From contig NC_043001.1 in assembly GCF_006345805.1 (NCBI RefSeq), positions 23,746,001 through 23,810,000 of the forward strand: 64,000 nt of DNA, in the 5' to 3' direction. Position numbers and translations under genes: made by a program. Each line of letters begins with the position of its first letter. The first letter of the stretch is position 1. This document shows, piece after piece, positions 1 through 12,394 of this stretch. The DNA comes from Octopus sinensis. Lineage: Eukaryota. The notes under the pieces were generated by a model. That model was not told the origin of the DNA, ran no database searches, and worked only from the letters and a program-made list of their open reading frames with translations.

Positions 1-343
1 ATTTCAGAATATAAATATATAATATATATAAATTAATTGGACTCTTATATTTTTCCAGTAAAGATATACTATAGTTTGTTTAAATTACTCTCAAAGCTAA
101 AATATATCTTCACAGATAAAATACCAATTTCTATCTATTTACTCTATTTTTTTTTACCTTAGGTTTTTAACGTAATAAATGTATTATAAACACCATGTCC
201 TACTTTTTAAGTTTCAAATTTGGTTAACGGAGTTTCTTTTATAAGAAAAATCTTGTTTTTATTTCTTTAAGAAATATTGTTTAATTCTGTTTGATTATTT
301 ATTAAAAATATGTATTTATTTAACTATTATTGTTATTATTGTT

Positions 344-449
344 GACCTGAGGAGTGACTATACTTTTAAACTGAATTATTTTTGGATCGATTAAATTTAA
401 ATATAATTGTAATTCGAATTGAAGTTATAGCCACGAAACGTACGTAGTA
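344..449 (+). ncRNA. Type-I hammerhead ribozyme-like motif with extended stem II (Penelope-like/retrozyme remnant)
   Basis: CTGAGGA (347-353); stem II gtgactatactt...aagttatagccac; GAAAC-GTAC-GTA (435-446) with a palindromic minimal stem III. Stem I is only 2 bp. Confidence 0.6.
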
Positions 450-590
450 TTTTTACTTATTATATACTGTTTATTTATTATTATGTACCTTTTGTGATCT
501 AGATTAATGTCTTATCATATATTTTATTTTTCTATATGATATGTTTTATGTCTATCATTGTTTGAATTACATAATAGTGGTTTTTCTCTA

Positions 591-593
591 ATG

Positions 594-667
<74 letters not shown>
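591..667. repeat. (TA)n/(GT)n microsatellite
   Basis: Direct reading. Confidence 0.95.
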
Positions 668-1067
668 ATAGGAAATGAATACGCATATGCACATAGGGAA
701 TGCAAAGACGTTAATCAGGAATATCAAGAATATGACAGGCGGAAATACCTCAGACGAGCGTTTTACACACTGAATACAAATATGAAAGTATCTTACATAT
801 ATAATATAGTACAGTGATCTTTAGGTTCATCAGATGAGATTACCCAAGCAAAGAGCAAACGAAAACAACTTTCAAGGTGTTTTGAAAATAGAAATCAAGG
901 GAGGTAACTCTAAGGAAAGAAGAGATAAATTTTTGGCCGATCTAAACAATACTAATTAGAGAGGATCTGATCTTTTAAAGCCAAATGGTGAGACAAACTG
1001 ATACGTTTCGGCATTATCAGGCGTCCTTGGCGAAGCGTATTCTGAACACTTAAAAAAACTAAGAATG

Positions 1068-1354
1068 ACACACAAATATACATATATGTACACACACACA
1101 CACGCACGCACACGCACACATGTGTAAGCATATATACATGTATATATTTGTATATTTAAATATATATATATGAGTGTATATATATATAAATACACATACA
1201 ATGATATATATATATATACATACAATAATACATATATATATATATATATATGTTTGTGTGTATATATACATGCAGTTATAGATATGTATATATGTATATA
1301 CATACGTACACTTATATATGTATATATGTTTATATATATATGTATATATATATA

Positions 1355-1386
<32 letters not shown>

Positions 1387-1392
1387 TTATTA
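1068..1392. repeat. Compound (CA)/(TA) microsatellite
   Basis: Direct reading. Confidence 0.95.
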
Positions 1393-1514
1393 TATAGAAG
1401 GAGCTTCTACAGGACTAGAACTGTTTCATTCAAGAGAAATCATCAGGAAGCTCTGATGATTTCTCTTGAATGAAACAGTTCTAGTCCTGTAGAAGCTCCT
1501 TCTATATAATAAAT
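1385..1514. repeat. Perfect 62-bp-arm fold-back; each arm begins with a hammerhead-like CTGATGA...GAAAC core
   Basis: 1385-1446 is the reverse complement of 1453-1514; loop is gaagct. Confidence 0.9.
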
Positions 1515-1580
1515 TAATTTTACTCTGCTATGTATTGAGTACCTTATTTACTGTGGTTAACCCCGAATCAACCCGGGACC

Positions 1581-1582
<2 letters not shown>

Positions 1583-1638
<56 letters not shown>

Positions 1639-1730
1639 ATATATATATGTCTGTGTGTATATATATATATATATATACATATACATACATACACACACAC
1701 ATATATATATGTGTGTATATATATATATAT
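1583..1730. repeat. (TA)n-rich microsatellite
   Basis: Direct reading. Confidence 0.95.
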
Positions 1731-1924
1731 AGTTATGGTATATTTTGTTAAAAATGTAGTAGAGTACAGTATAAATCTCGTCCACCTTCAGATTCACCTT
1801 GTGCAATCCAGTAGTAGTGTTATACGTACTTCCAAGTTTGTGTTTGGGCTTCTGGCGTGTGTGAATAGATAATTGAAAAAATTGGAGTCAACAAGAAGGA
1901 GCACGGTTGGACATTTATTTTTTA

Positions 1925-2030
1925 ATCACTACAATTGTTTCCACGCAATGTAGTTCTCCGAGCGTTCAGGCACTTGATTATGCAGCTGTTTCACTGCATT
2001 ATGATATCTAGTTGTGTTTCGTCAGGTGAT
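1925..2030 (-). ncRNA. Type-I hammerhead ribozyme-like motif with complete stem I
   Basis: Minus strand reads ATCAC-CTGACGA-[~75 nt stem II region]-GAAAC-AATT-GTA-GTGAT; 5-bp stem I ATCAC/GTGAT; AATAAA follows shortly after. Confidence 0.7.
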
Positions 2031-2419
2031 ATTTAAGCATTGTCTGTCTCCGTAAGTTCAGAATCATCAGCTTCAAGAACATCCAAGGATGTTTCCTGTA
2101 ATGAGCCATCGTTAAATATTTCGTCGCAAAAGCTAGTTTCTTTAGAAAAATCTGTTGAACTGAGCCAATATCTATCAAATATTTGCGAGATGTGAACTTA
2201 ATTTTCCAAATTAATAAACCGTTTATCAAATTGGTAGTGATGCTGTTGCTTAGAGACTTGTTTCCATTTTAATTCTGAGCATTCATTTTTAGCAAGAAGT
2301 CACGATATAAGATTTAATAACTTTTAGATCTTTTCCAAGGAATTAAATGATGCACCTAGTAATAGCTTTAATTGAGAATTAAAATTCGACTATAGACTTG
2401 AATGTTCGGGAGCATAATA

Positions 2420-2974
2420 CAGGGTCAGGCAAAATGATCTGACACATTTGTAGGTTAAATAAAAGGCATTGTTTTTCGTTTCTTTTTCAGTTGCTGCCAT
2501 GAATTGGACTGGTGAGCATCACGCTTTCATTGTGGAAACGTTTATCAAAACAAACGATTCTGTAACTGCAACACAAAGAGCGTTCCGTTTGCACTTCAAT
2601 CTTGGTAGACATGATCCCGTACCAGCTCGAAACACGATCTTGTTATGGGTTACCAGCTTCAGAGCTACTGGATCTGCATTGAAACGAAAATCAACCGGCC
2701 GACCTCGCATCGCCAGAACTTAAAGATGCAATTCGTCAAGAAATTACTGCCATTCCACATGAAATGACCCGCCGAGTTATTGACAACTTTCGTGAACGCC
2801 TTCGACAGTGTGTGGACAATAATGGATCCCATTTGACTGATTTAATTTTTAAAACATAATGAAACAAAATGGCATTATATGTACTTTTCAAAAATAAAAA
2901 CACTTTTTTGTTTCTTTACTTCATTTGCCTTTTATTTAACCTACAAATGTGTCAGATCATTTCGCCTGACCCTG
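2420..2974 (+). mobile_element. Internally deleted Tc1/mariner DNA transposon
   Basis: ~49-bp TIRs (cagggtcaggcaaaatgatctgacacatttgtagg.../...cctacaaatgtgtcagatcatttcgcctgaccctg), TA on both sides, transposase N- and C-terminal remnants inside. Confidence 0.9.
2499..2859 (+). pseudogene. Mariner-like transposase remnant: N-terminal HTH (DUF4817-like) joined out of frame to the C-terminus; catalytic domain deleted
   Basis: MNWTGEHHAFIVETF...SVTATQRAFRLHF...FRATGSALKRKSTGRPR, then LKDAIRQEITAIPHEMTRRVIDNFRERLRQCVDNNGSHL in another frame. Confidence 0.8.
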
Positions 2975-3354
2975 TATATAAAAGAAAATCTATCATGTTG
3001 TATAAAAAAGAAAAAAAAATTGTCTTGATCCCAGAATTACCCGAACCAAAGGTAATACTAGAAGAAGGAATTGTCGGTAAAAGTAATGCGATAGATTAAC
3101 TCAATAGACAAGCGAAAGAAAATGCTGATTAATGTCGACACGGCCTAGATAGCAACTTTAGTGAACTAGAACTAAACCAGAAAATTTGTAATTTTTTCTC
3201 TTTATTCGACTGGATTCAAGGAAAAGAGAATTGTCATAGTAAGAGTCTTAAACTGTTATATTTCTATTCATTTATATCTAGGATGAGCCAACCAGTCGGT
3301 AGTTTCATTGACCATCAAGTCTTGTGGATTCTTGACAAGATGAAATTTGTTCGG

Positions 3355-3546
3355 TGGTCCGGGCGAAATGCGTAGCCGTATTTCGTCTGCCGTTACGTTC
3401 TGACTTCAAATTCCGCCAAGGTCGACTTTGCCTTTCATCCTTTCGGGGTCGATAAATTAAGTACCAGTTACGCACTGGGGTCGATATAATCAACTTAATC
3501 CGTTTGTCTGTCCTTGTTTGTCCTCTCTGTGGGCAATAAAGAAATA
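3355..3546 (+). mobile_element. tRNA-derived SINE family A (OK-like), 5'-truncated
   Basis: Matches the other family A copies (B-box-like ...ttcaaattccgcc, body gtcgactttgcctttcatcctttcggggtcg, tail aataaagaaat). Confidence 0.85.
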
Positions 3547-4338
3547 CATATTATTTCACTCAATTTACTCGGCATCAATCTCTATTTGTGATTGATTCCC
3601 TATTCGGGATAAATTCATGACAGAATTTGAACTCAATACAATAAGCTAACAATGACATATGTATATGATATTACATTCCCATTGCTTTCAGTAATAAAGT
3701 ATACTTTTTTTAGGCTTCTTATTTATAGCTAGACGGACATAACTATTCAGAGAGTCTTTACTTGAGATACCTCACAGCACCTGTGACAAGATGTTAACCA
3801 CCAGCAGTCGACCTTTAGGCTAATAGGTAGCATCCTATTGACTCAGCTGTCTGCGACTCTTGAAGAGATAAAACTGATGATTAAATTATTTTCAGTTTCA
3901 GTACCCGGATGTTGACCTTTCACTTAAATGACATCGGTTATTATATTACTAAGAAAAATATGAATATCGTACAGTTTTAGTTTCACTGCTTTATAAAGAA
4001 AGTTTGCGTCTTTGCAAGAATTGAAATTGTTTTAAGGACCACAAACCTATGGTTTAAGTTAGGTTTTCATTGCGTTGTCTCCAGTTTACAAATTAAGCCA
4101 AGCATTGAATTGAAAAATCGATCTCATGATTGACATTGGTACCTTAGTATTTCTTTGAATACCAATTTTATGCTGGCAGCATTCCAACTTGAAAACCAAA
4201 GATAGAAGACAGAAGAAAGCAAATAAATTATTAATACCTATGCACTTAGTGCCAACATGAGTCTATCACAGCCAAACAACTGATATATCGTAATGGAGCA
4301 GCTAATGTGATTTTGGTGTGATACTTGTTTACAGAATA

Positions 4339-4727
4339 TGGATGGAAGCACTCCGTCGCTTACGACGATGAGGGTTCCGGTTGATCCGAATCAACGGAGC
4401 AGCCTGCTCGTGAAATTAACGTGTAAGTGGCTGAGCACTCCACAGACACGTGTACTCTTAACGTAGTTCTCGGGGATATTCAGCGTGACACAGAGAGTGA
4501 CAAGGCCGGCCCCTTGAAATACAGGTACAACAGAAACAGGAAGTAAGAGTGAGAGAAAGTTGTGGTGAAAGAGTACAGCAGAGTTCACCACCATCCCCTG
4601 CCGGAGCCTCGTGGAGCTTTATGTGTTTTCGCTCAATAAACACTCACAACGCCCGGTCTGGGAATCGAAACCGCAATCCTATGACCGCGAGTCCGCTGCC
4701 CTAACCACTGGGCCATTGTGCCTCCAC
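4339..4727 (-). mobile_element. tRNA(Arg)-like SINE family B, full length
   Basis: tRNA-like head with A/B boxes and a TCG anticodon-like loop; 13-bp TSD tgtttacagaata (4326-4338/4728-4740); homologous to 21724-22107 and 52600-52987. Confidence 0.9.
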
Positions 4728-5133
4728 TGTTTACAGAATAATGCTCTATGAGACTAAATATTCGCCTAAATTTTGTTGGAAACAAACTTTACAGAAATCA
4801 AATAGGTCATCTGATCGTAATCACTGTAATATAAACACTATCAAAAGAACAAATTCAGGTTTTGGGAATGGTCACACTTCTTTGTTGAGAGTCAATAAGC
4901 TTTTAGGAATACGAATAGGAGAAGTAAGGAGTCCCTATGACTATCTTTCTATACGTTTTAATCTAGAGATTTTCCGTTTATAATGCTCGTATAGGGAGTT
5001 TGCATTGTTATCAGTAACTGACTGAAAGCATAAAATAATATACGATGCACATATCAACAACATTAAGGAAAATATCTTTTAAAAATATCTCTCTATTTAT
5101 GTAAGATTGTTACCACAATTATCTCACAGACTG

Positions 5134-5366
5134 AAGGCGGCGAGCTGGCAGAAACGTTCGCACGCCGGGCGAAATGCTTAGCGGTATTTCGTCTGTCGTT
5201 ACGTTCTGAATTCAAATTCCGCCGAGGTCGACTTTGCCTTTCATCCTTTCGGGGTCGATAAATAAAGTACCAGTTACGCACTAGGGTCGATATAATCGAC
5301 TTAATCCCTTTGTCTGTCCTTGTTTGTCCCCTCTATGTTTAGCTCATTGAGGGCAGTAAAGAAATA
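5134..5366 (+). mobile_element. SINE family A monomer
   Basis: Head ggcgagctggcagaaacg, B box, body, tail gtaaagaaata. Confidence 0.9.
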
Positions 5367-5777
5367 TATATCAGGGAGCGCACAATCGTACAGAACTGCT
5401 AAGCAAAGAACAATACCAGTTAGGTGATAAGGGAACATTCCAAATTCGTTGCACTTTGAATGTCTGAAAATACTGTTCTCTAGTTGGTTAATTTTTAATT
5501 CTCTTCTTATAACCCGGACGTTAACTAATTATATGCATACATAAGAATTTTCATTTATTGCTCATTTGATGATTTCATAACCGGACTTTTGAATTTTACG
5601 AAAGCGGAGCGAACTATGGCAGATTTATGATGTTCTGATGTAGTCAAATCTGAAAATATCATCGAGAATAAATGTAAAAATAGCTCATGACTAGTGAATC
5701 TACAATATGAATTTCTATAGCACCAACAGTTTGAACTGATTCAAATAAAAGTTATTGAGATATCTATACAGTAATTA

Positions 5778-6091
5778 TTTCGTTTTGGGATTTGGTTTGC
5801 AAGATTCTTTATATGAGTTCGTGTGTTGAAGCATATTCTGTTGTGTCTGTGGAGAGTCATTTTCTTTTTGTGCCTTATAATATAACGCACCCACCGGTAA
5901 AATTTCCGCTTATTTCCTATTTTTATTTTCCTAAAATTTTCGTTGCGTCTTGCAAACTATTGAAAAGGTTGTAAGACGCAACGAAAATTTTAGGAAAATA
6001 AAAATAACAAATAAGTGGAAATTTTACCGGTGGGTGTGTTATATTATAAGGCACAAAAAGAAAATGACTCTCTCCAGACACAACAGAATAT
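5778..6091. mobile_element. Fold-back non-coding element with degenerate hammerhead-like motif (Penelope-like pLTR/retrozyme-like)
   Basis: Arms 5833-5955 and 5969-6091; same family as 39210-40060. Confidence 0.7.
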
Positions 6092-6996
6092 ACAGTAATT
6101 AATATTCAGCAATTAACTTAGTAGTTGAACAATCACCAACTTCTATAGAGTCCACGAAAAATTCAGTGATTTTAACTTTAAATCTGTTGGTGTCACTTTT
6201 GATCCTTGGCTGCAGAAACGAAGATTAAATTAAACGACTTCGGTGAAATTTAGATTAAATAAAACGACTTTGATGAGCGTAAATTGAGTAACGTATTGCA
6301 AATACTGCGCAAGTTCTAACTTGTCAAGAATTTACAAGACTTCATTTTCAATGAAACTACCGAGCCATTGGCGTAAATCTTCGTCTATCTGTTATCTTAG
6401 TTTATCATCAGGTATTAGTTTTTAAAACTGGCAGATTAACTTCTACAATGCTCTCATCTCTGCCGGCATCGTTCATCAAACAACTCATCTATCGCGTTTC
6501 GCGCCGAATGGACGAGGGCCGTTTTCGCTGCTACCAAACCGCATGCAATGCTTTTTCTATGCACCTTCTCTGATCACTTGACTTGCTTCACCTCACCAAA
6601 CACCACTGCTCTCTATAGCCACTTCCTTCCTCAAGTTATCGGATACTGTTCTAATTGCTATTGAAAATACTGTTCTCCAGTCGGTCAATTTTTTTTTATA
6701 TTTCGTGGAACATTTCGTTGTGGTGGAACCCTCACTAATTCTCTTTAATTGATACGCTACTTCAACCCCTGGATTTTTTTTGTTTTGTAAATTTCTGAAA
6801 CCGGGTTTTTGTCTACTGGTTTTATCTAAGTTAGCTGCTGTGTTAAGTTGTTGTTATGGTTATAGTAGTCGGAGGAAATTGTAGCAGCGGTAATATCCTT
6901 CATTCGTCTCCTCCCCACGTTAGGTAGAAAATCCCGACGTGATCTGGTTTTGTGCAAATGCGACATTTAAATTTCCTGCTCTCGAAAAAAAAAATA

Positions 6997-7478
6997 CCTG
7001 TTTCTTTATTACCCGCAAGGGGTTAAACATAGAAGGGACAAACAAGGACAGACAAACGGATTAAGTCGATTATATCGACCCCAGTGTGTAACTGGTACTT
7101 ATTTAATCGACCCCGAAAGGATGAAAGGCGATGTCGACCTCGGCGAAATTTGAACCCGGAACGTAACGGCAAACGAAACACAACTAAGCATTTCACTCGG
7201 TGTGCTAACGTTTCTGCCAAATCGCCGCCTTAATAAATAAATAAAATACCTATTTCTTTATTACCCACAAGGGGCTAAACACAGAGGGGACAAACAAGGA
7301 CAGACATAGGTATTAAGTCGATTACATCGACCCCAGTGCGTAACTGCTACTTAATTTATCGACCCCGAAAGGATGAAAGGCAAAGTCGACCTCGGCGGAT
7401 TTTGAACTCACAACGTAACGCAGACGAAATACCGCTAAGCATTTCGCCCGGCGTGCTAATGTTTCTGCCAGCTCGCCT
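6997..7478 (-). mobile_element. Two adjacent complete SINE family A copies
   Basis: 6997-7230 and 7249-7478, each with its own head. Confidence 0.85.
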
Positions 7479-7949
7479 AAATAAAATACCGCAAAGCATT
7501 TTCTCCGGCATTCTAACATTCTGTGCCAATCCAGTAACAACTACAGCAACGACAACGACGACGATGATGATGACGGCATCAATGATGATGATGATAACAA
7601 GTGAAGCAGAATTCAGAGCACCATGACCAGCTTCAACTGCAGAAGACTTGTGGTGGTCAAGTTTATACATTGGGAAGCACCCAAAGCCGACGTAGAATGG
7701 AAACGTGGACCGAGTAAAGACCTAGCGGTGAATTAAGGTGAATAAAGACCTAGCGGTGAATTAAGAGCTCTGGACTGAAAACAGACACGGAAGGCCTGAT
7801 AATGTCTTTCTATACGGTTTTCGCTTGTTCTGATTCCGTTTTCTGTTCGTCAATTTTCTGTAGGCGTTCTATGGTTTGGTTTTGCTGTTTTCGTTACTTT
7901 ACTTTTCGCGTGTTTGATCTTTCTTGGTGGTTTATGTTCTCAATGTCAA

Positions 7950-8330
7950 TTTACTCTTTTACCCTTTTACTCGTTTCAGTCGTTTTGACTGCGACCATGC
8001 TGGAGCACCGCCTTTAGTCGAGCAAATCGACTCCAGGACTTATTCTTTTGTAAGCTTAGTACTTATTCTATCGGTCTCTTTTGCCGAGGGGACGTAAATA
8101 CACCAGCATCGGTTGTCAAGCGATGTTGGGGAGGACACAGACACAAACATATACACACACATACCTACACACACACACACACGACGAGCTTCTTTTAGTT
8201 TCCGTCTATCAAATTCACTCACAAGGCTTTGGTCGCCCGAGACTATAGTCAAAGACACTTGCCCAAGGTGCCACGCCGTGGGACTGAACCTGGAACCATG
8301 TGGTTGGTAAGCAAGCTACTTACCACACAG
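7950..8330 (-). mobile_element. tRNA-derived SINE family C (CORE-like central motif, CR1-type tail)
   Basis: Minus strand head ctgtgtggtaagtagcttgcttaccaaccacatggttccagg, ggcaccttgggcaagtg, tail ggcggtgctccagcatgg...ctgaaac plus (AAAAGAGT)-like repeats. Confidence 0.8.
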
Positions 8331-8880
8331 ATACTCTTAATTTAAAAAAAATATTTTTGTCATTGTTTGCTTTTGCCCGTTTTTTTAAAAAATATAAATA
8401 TATTTTCGTTGTGTATCCTGTTTTCACGTCTATTGATAACTGTTTTTTGAGAATGTGTATTCTTAAACGAGCCAGTCTGTTGGTATCCAACGTTACATTA
8501 GATCAATGTTATTACGTATCCAAATTTCACACGAGAATACTGTTGTAGCTTTGTTTTGAAGGGAGAACATGCCCATAAAATATACATGTAGATTAGAATC
8601 GTATTCCTTTCGTGTCTTTATACTTTTGCTGTTTTACTAGTGAGAGAAAAGAATAAAAACTAACTCTTTAGAAAAAGCAAAATTTTCGTCGGGTGTCTGT
8701 TCGTTTGTTTATACCGTAATCAATTTTGCACTCTCCATTTTCACACTTTCTATGCATTTAATCTAAAGTACATTTCCTCCTTTTAACCTTGGACTGAATA
8801 ATATAATTTTTCATTTGTATTTGTTTTATTGTTTGTTATTTTTATGATATTTTATATCTTGTCACAGGCACCATGGGATA

Positions 8881-9274
8881 TCTTTATATATAAAAGTAAG
8901 GTTGTGTGTCTGTCTACTCCGATTTAGATTCCTAACTACTCCCACATTTTGCGGTGCAGTTTAACCAAAACCGGGTATCTTATAGTCGTGATTCATATCG
9001 AGCCCTTCTGGGTATTAGCGCGCGTCTACGATGAGTCTACGATTTAAAAAATAATTTACCATCATTTTTTTCCATCTTAATGCATATTTTTTAAATATAA
9101 GGGAAGTAACTCTCTAAAAATGTCTACGATGAGTCAACGATTTAAAAAAAAATTTACCACCATATTTTTTCCACTTTTAATGCATTTTTTTTCTATTTTT
9201 TGGCTATAACTCTCTAAAAATGCTTTATAGTTATTTCCCTTACAAACCCGAGCAACGCCGGGCGATACTGCTAG
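8881..9274 (+). mobile_element. Non-autonomous Helitron
   Basis: 5' TC after A; subterminal hairpin cccgagcaacgccggg; 3' CTAG followed by T; no TSD. Confidence 0.8.
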
Positions 9275-9829
9275 TCTCTTATAAAGTCTCTCTCTCTCTC
9301 CCAATAGATATGACCATCTCGCTATAAATAATTCCCCATTCTTAAGTGTTTTTCATATTCTCATTCCTCTTTGTCTGTGTTGTTCTAGTTTGTTTCTCCG
9401 TCTTCTGTAAGAGTTCTATGTTTTGGTTTTACCATTGTGCTTTATCATTTATCCGTCTGGTGTTCGTATGATTCACGCTTCATTAATTCGTCTACATGTA
9501 GTAAATTCAGAACATGCAGAGGTTGGAAAAGAAACGATTTATCATATTGTGTCTTATTGCCAAGTCTTAATCAAGGAATAGCACATCTAGGAATGACGGG
9601 ACGGGATCTTTCATACGCTGGAAATTATACAAACATTACAACAACATCAAACAGCAAGATGATAGATACACTAGAAAGTGTATTATAGAATGACTAATTA
9701 CTCAGAAGTTGTAACACATTACTTCAGTCAGTCAGTCAATCAAGAGACGGAGAGAGAGAGAGAAGGATGAAGGAAGACAGAAGGGAAAGGAGTAGTGAGA
9801 TAAACAGATAGATAAAGGGATATAAGGGC

Positions 9830-10062
9830 GGGGCGGCGAGCTGGCAGAAACGATAGCACGCCGGGCGAAATGCGTAGCCGTATTTCGTCTGCCGTTACGT
9901 TCTGAGTTCAAATTCCGCCGAGGTCGACTTTGCCTTTCATCCTTTTGGGGTCGATAAATTAAGTACCAGTTACGCACTGGGGTCGATGTAGTTGACTTAA
10001 TCCATTTGTCTGTCCTTGTTTCTCCTCTCTGTGTTTAGCCCCTTGTGGATAGTAAAGAAATA
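9830..10062 (+). mobile_element. SINE family A monomer
   Basis: Homology to other copies. Confidence 0.85.
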
Positions 10063-10065
10063 GGT

Positions 10066-10745
10066 ATCTCTTCTGACTCTTCTGGATGGTCTCCTTGTTT
10101 AAGTTGGTGAATGCTGCCATAATCCTTGCCTTCAGTTCATCTTTGGCGTTATATGGAGTTGTTGGTATCTCGCTCAACTGCGCCCCACACATAACCAACG
10201 CGGTTGCAGTGGCTAAATGCTAAGGGTGATGTGGTCGTAAAAATTGTCTGACCGCTATGACTGGGGTCTCCTGCTCGTGTGGCATAGTGCAGAGTCCTGT
10301 TGCCAGACATAGTGTCTTCCAGCAGCCACCCTCTTCACCCAAGGCAGCACTACACCGCCAGGTACTTGATGTAGGCCTCCGTGTTGAGTGTGAGGCTATA
10401 TGGGAAGACGAATAGAGGCATAACGTCGCCATCATTAGTGACCACTCCAAACACCATGATGTTGACTGGATGTTTGATTTTTATCACTCTCGGTACATGT
10501 CCTCAGATTGACACCTAAACACTCTGAAATGTTCGTATTGTAGGTTCTGGCGTGAATGCCAAGCAGTACAGCATGTTGTTTCCAAATTTCTGGCCGAGTG
10601 AATTGCGTCATGTTGCTGTTTTTATCACAGACGGTGCCCAACTGACCCCACTATACTGCGTAGTCGACAGAATCAAAAACAAACAATGCGTATGCACGAA
10701 ATTAATAGCAATATAAAATGGTGACAATTTACCCGTCGCACCGTG
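10066..10745 (-). mobile_element. Degenerate Tc1/mariner (maT/DD37D-like) element with transposase remnant
   Basis: Frameshifted minus-strand segments IKHPVNIMVFGVVTNDGDVMP, RVAAGRHYVWQQDSALCHTS, DELKARIMAAFTNLNKE; terminal tacacggtgcgacgggtaaattgtcacc. Confidence 0.7.
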
Positions 10746-11055
10746 TACAGACGCACACGCACACACACACACACACACACACGCACAAACACACACATTT
10801 ATATGCATGTATATGTGTTTGAATACAAATTTTGTCTTTCTTCCTCCCTCTCTCTGTGTCTATCTAGCCATACATATATAAGGATGGTTGTGGTGCTGTT
10901 GTTGTTGTTGTTGGTGGTGGAGAGAATGAGAGAGAGAGAGAAAGACAAATATCAACCGGATATAGTTGTCAAGGACTATCAGGAAATGCCATTTCTTCAA
11001 ATCGAAGTATTAGTCTCAGTAGAGGGTGATGCAACTTCAAAAGAAATTGGATATA

Positions 11056-11123
11056 ATATACATATATATACATACATACATACATACATACATACATACA
11101 TACACACATACATACATACATAC

Positions 11124-11155
<32 letters not shown>

Positions 11156-11571
11156 GTATATATATATGTATATATATATGTATATATTTGTATATATGTA
11201 TGTATATATATTTGTATATATGTATGTATATATATTTGTATATATGTATGTATATATTTGTATATATGTATATGTATATATATGCATATATATGTATATA
11301 TATATATATATATGTATACATATATATATGTATACATATATATATATGTATATGTATATATATATGTATATATGTATGTATATATATTTGTATATATGTA
11401 TGTATATATATTTGTATATATGTATGTATATATATGCATATATATATGTATATATATATGTATATAATATGTATATATATATATATATGTATGTATATAT
11501 ATTTGTATATATGTATGTATATATATTTGTATATATGTATGTATATATATGCATATATATGTATATATATG

Positions 11572-11633
<62 letters not shown>

Positions 11634-11660
11634 ATCTATATATATTATATATATATTATA

Positions 11661-11707
<47 letters not shown>

Positions 11708-11826
11708 ATGTATATATATGTATATATATATATTATGTATATATATGTATATATATATATATGTATATATATGTATATATTATATGTATATATGTATGTA
11801 TATATATATATATATTATGTATGTAT
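11056..11826. repeat. ~770-bp compound (TA)/(TACA)/(TATG) microsatellite with higher-order units
   Basis: Direct reading; recurring tatatatttgtatatatgtatg units. Confidence 0.95.
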
Positions 11827-12034
11827 AAATATCTGGAAGTAGAGAAAATCAGAATGTGACGATTGAAAACAGAAACAGTTTTCATTGTAATTAATAGATG
11901 CACCGGGAAAGATTAAAAGAGAAGTAGACAAATGCATGACCCAAATCACTGGACTTTCACATATACTTAACATTTAGCACTGGACACATATTACGTAGAA
12001 AACATTCCGATATAATTTACATTTATGAATGTGT

Positions 12035-12394
12035 GTTGCAAGATTCCTGATGTGAAACCGTGTCTTGAAACAGATATTGTTGTATCTCGGGACGGTCATT
12101 TTTCTTTTGCCAAATAAACACACGCACTGTATATTCGTTCTTCATTCGTTTATTACTCTTCTCATTTTATATTATGTCCATTGTCTGAAAATCTTTCGTC
12201 ACACGTCTGTGACCTCTTCAGGATACACGTGGATGGAAAGGTTCGCTGAAGAGGTCACAGATGTGCGGCGAAAGATTTCCAGACAATGGACAAGAGTTAA
12301 AATAAGAAAAGTAATAAACGAGTGAAGAACGAATATTTAGTGCGTGTGTTTATTTGGCAAAAAGTAAAAAAAATGACCGTCCCGAAATATAACA
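12035..12394. mobile_element. Fold-back non-coding element, both arms starting at a hammerhead-like core
   Basis: Arms 12078-12221 and 12246-12394. Left arm on the minus strand reads CTGAAGA-G-GTCACA-gacg-TGTGAC-GAAA-GATTTTC. Confidence 0.75.

Noticed and set aside
1000-1030. Hammerhead-like CTGATAA-tgcc-GAAACGTATC on the minus strand
   Set aside because: G8 is mutated and there is no stem II or stem I; at best a decayed Penelope-type remnant. The half-motifs at ~37125-37145 and ~56312-56332 likewise lack the CTGA half.
10743-11859. Long ORFs (up to 361 aa) rich in Y/I/M/C
   Set aside because: Translations of (TA)n/(TATG)n microsatellite. The same applies to similar ORFs at 956-1732, 18693-18983, 20667-21771, 35242-37112, 40271-41380, 47450-47843 and 55763-56393.
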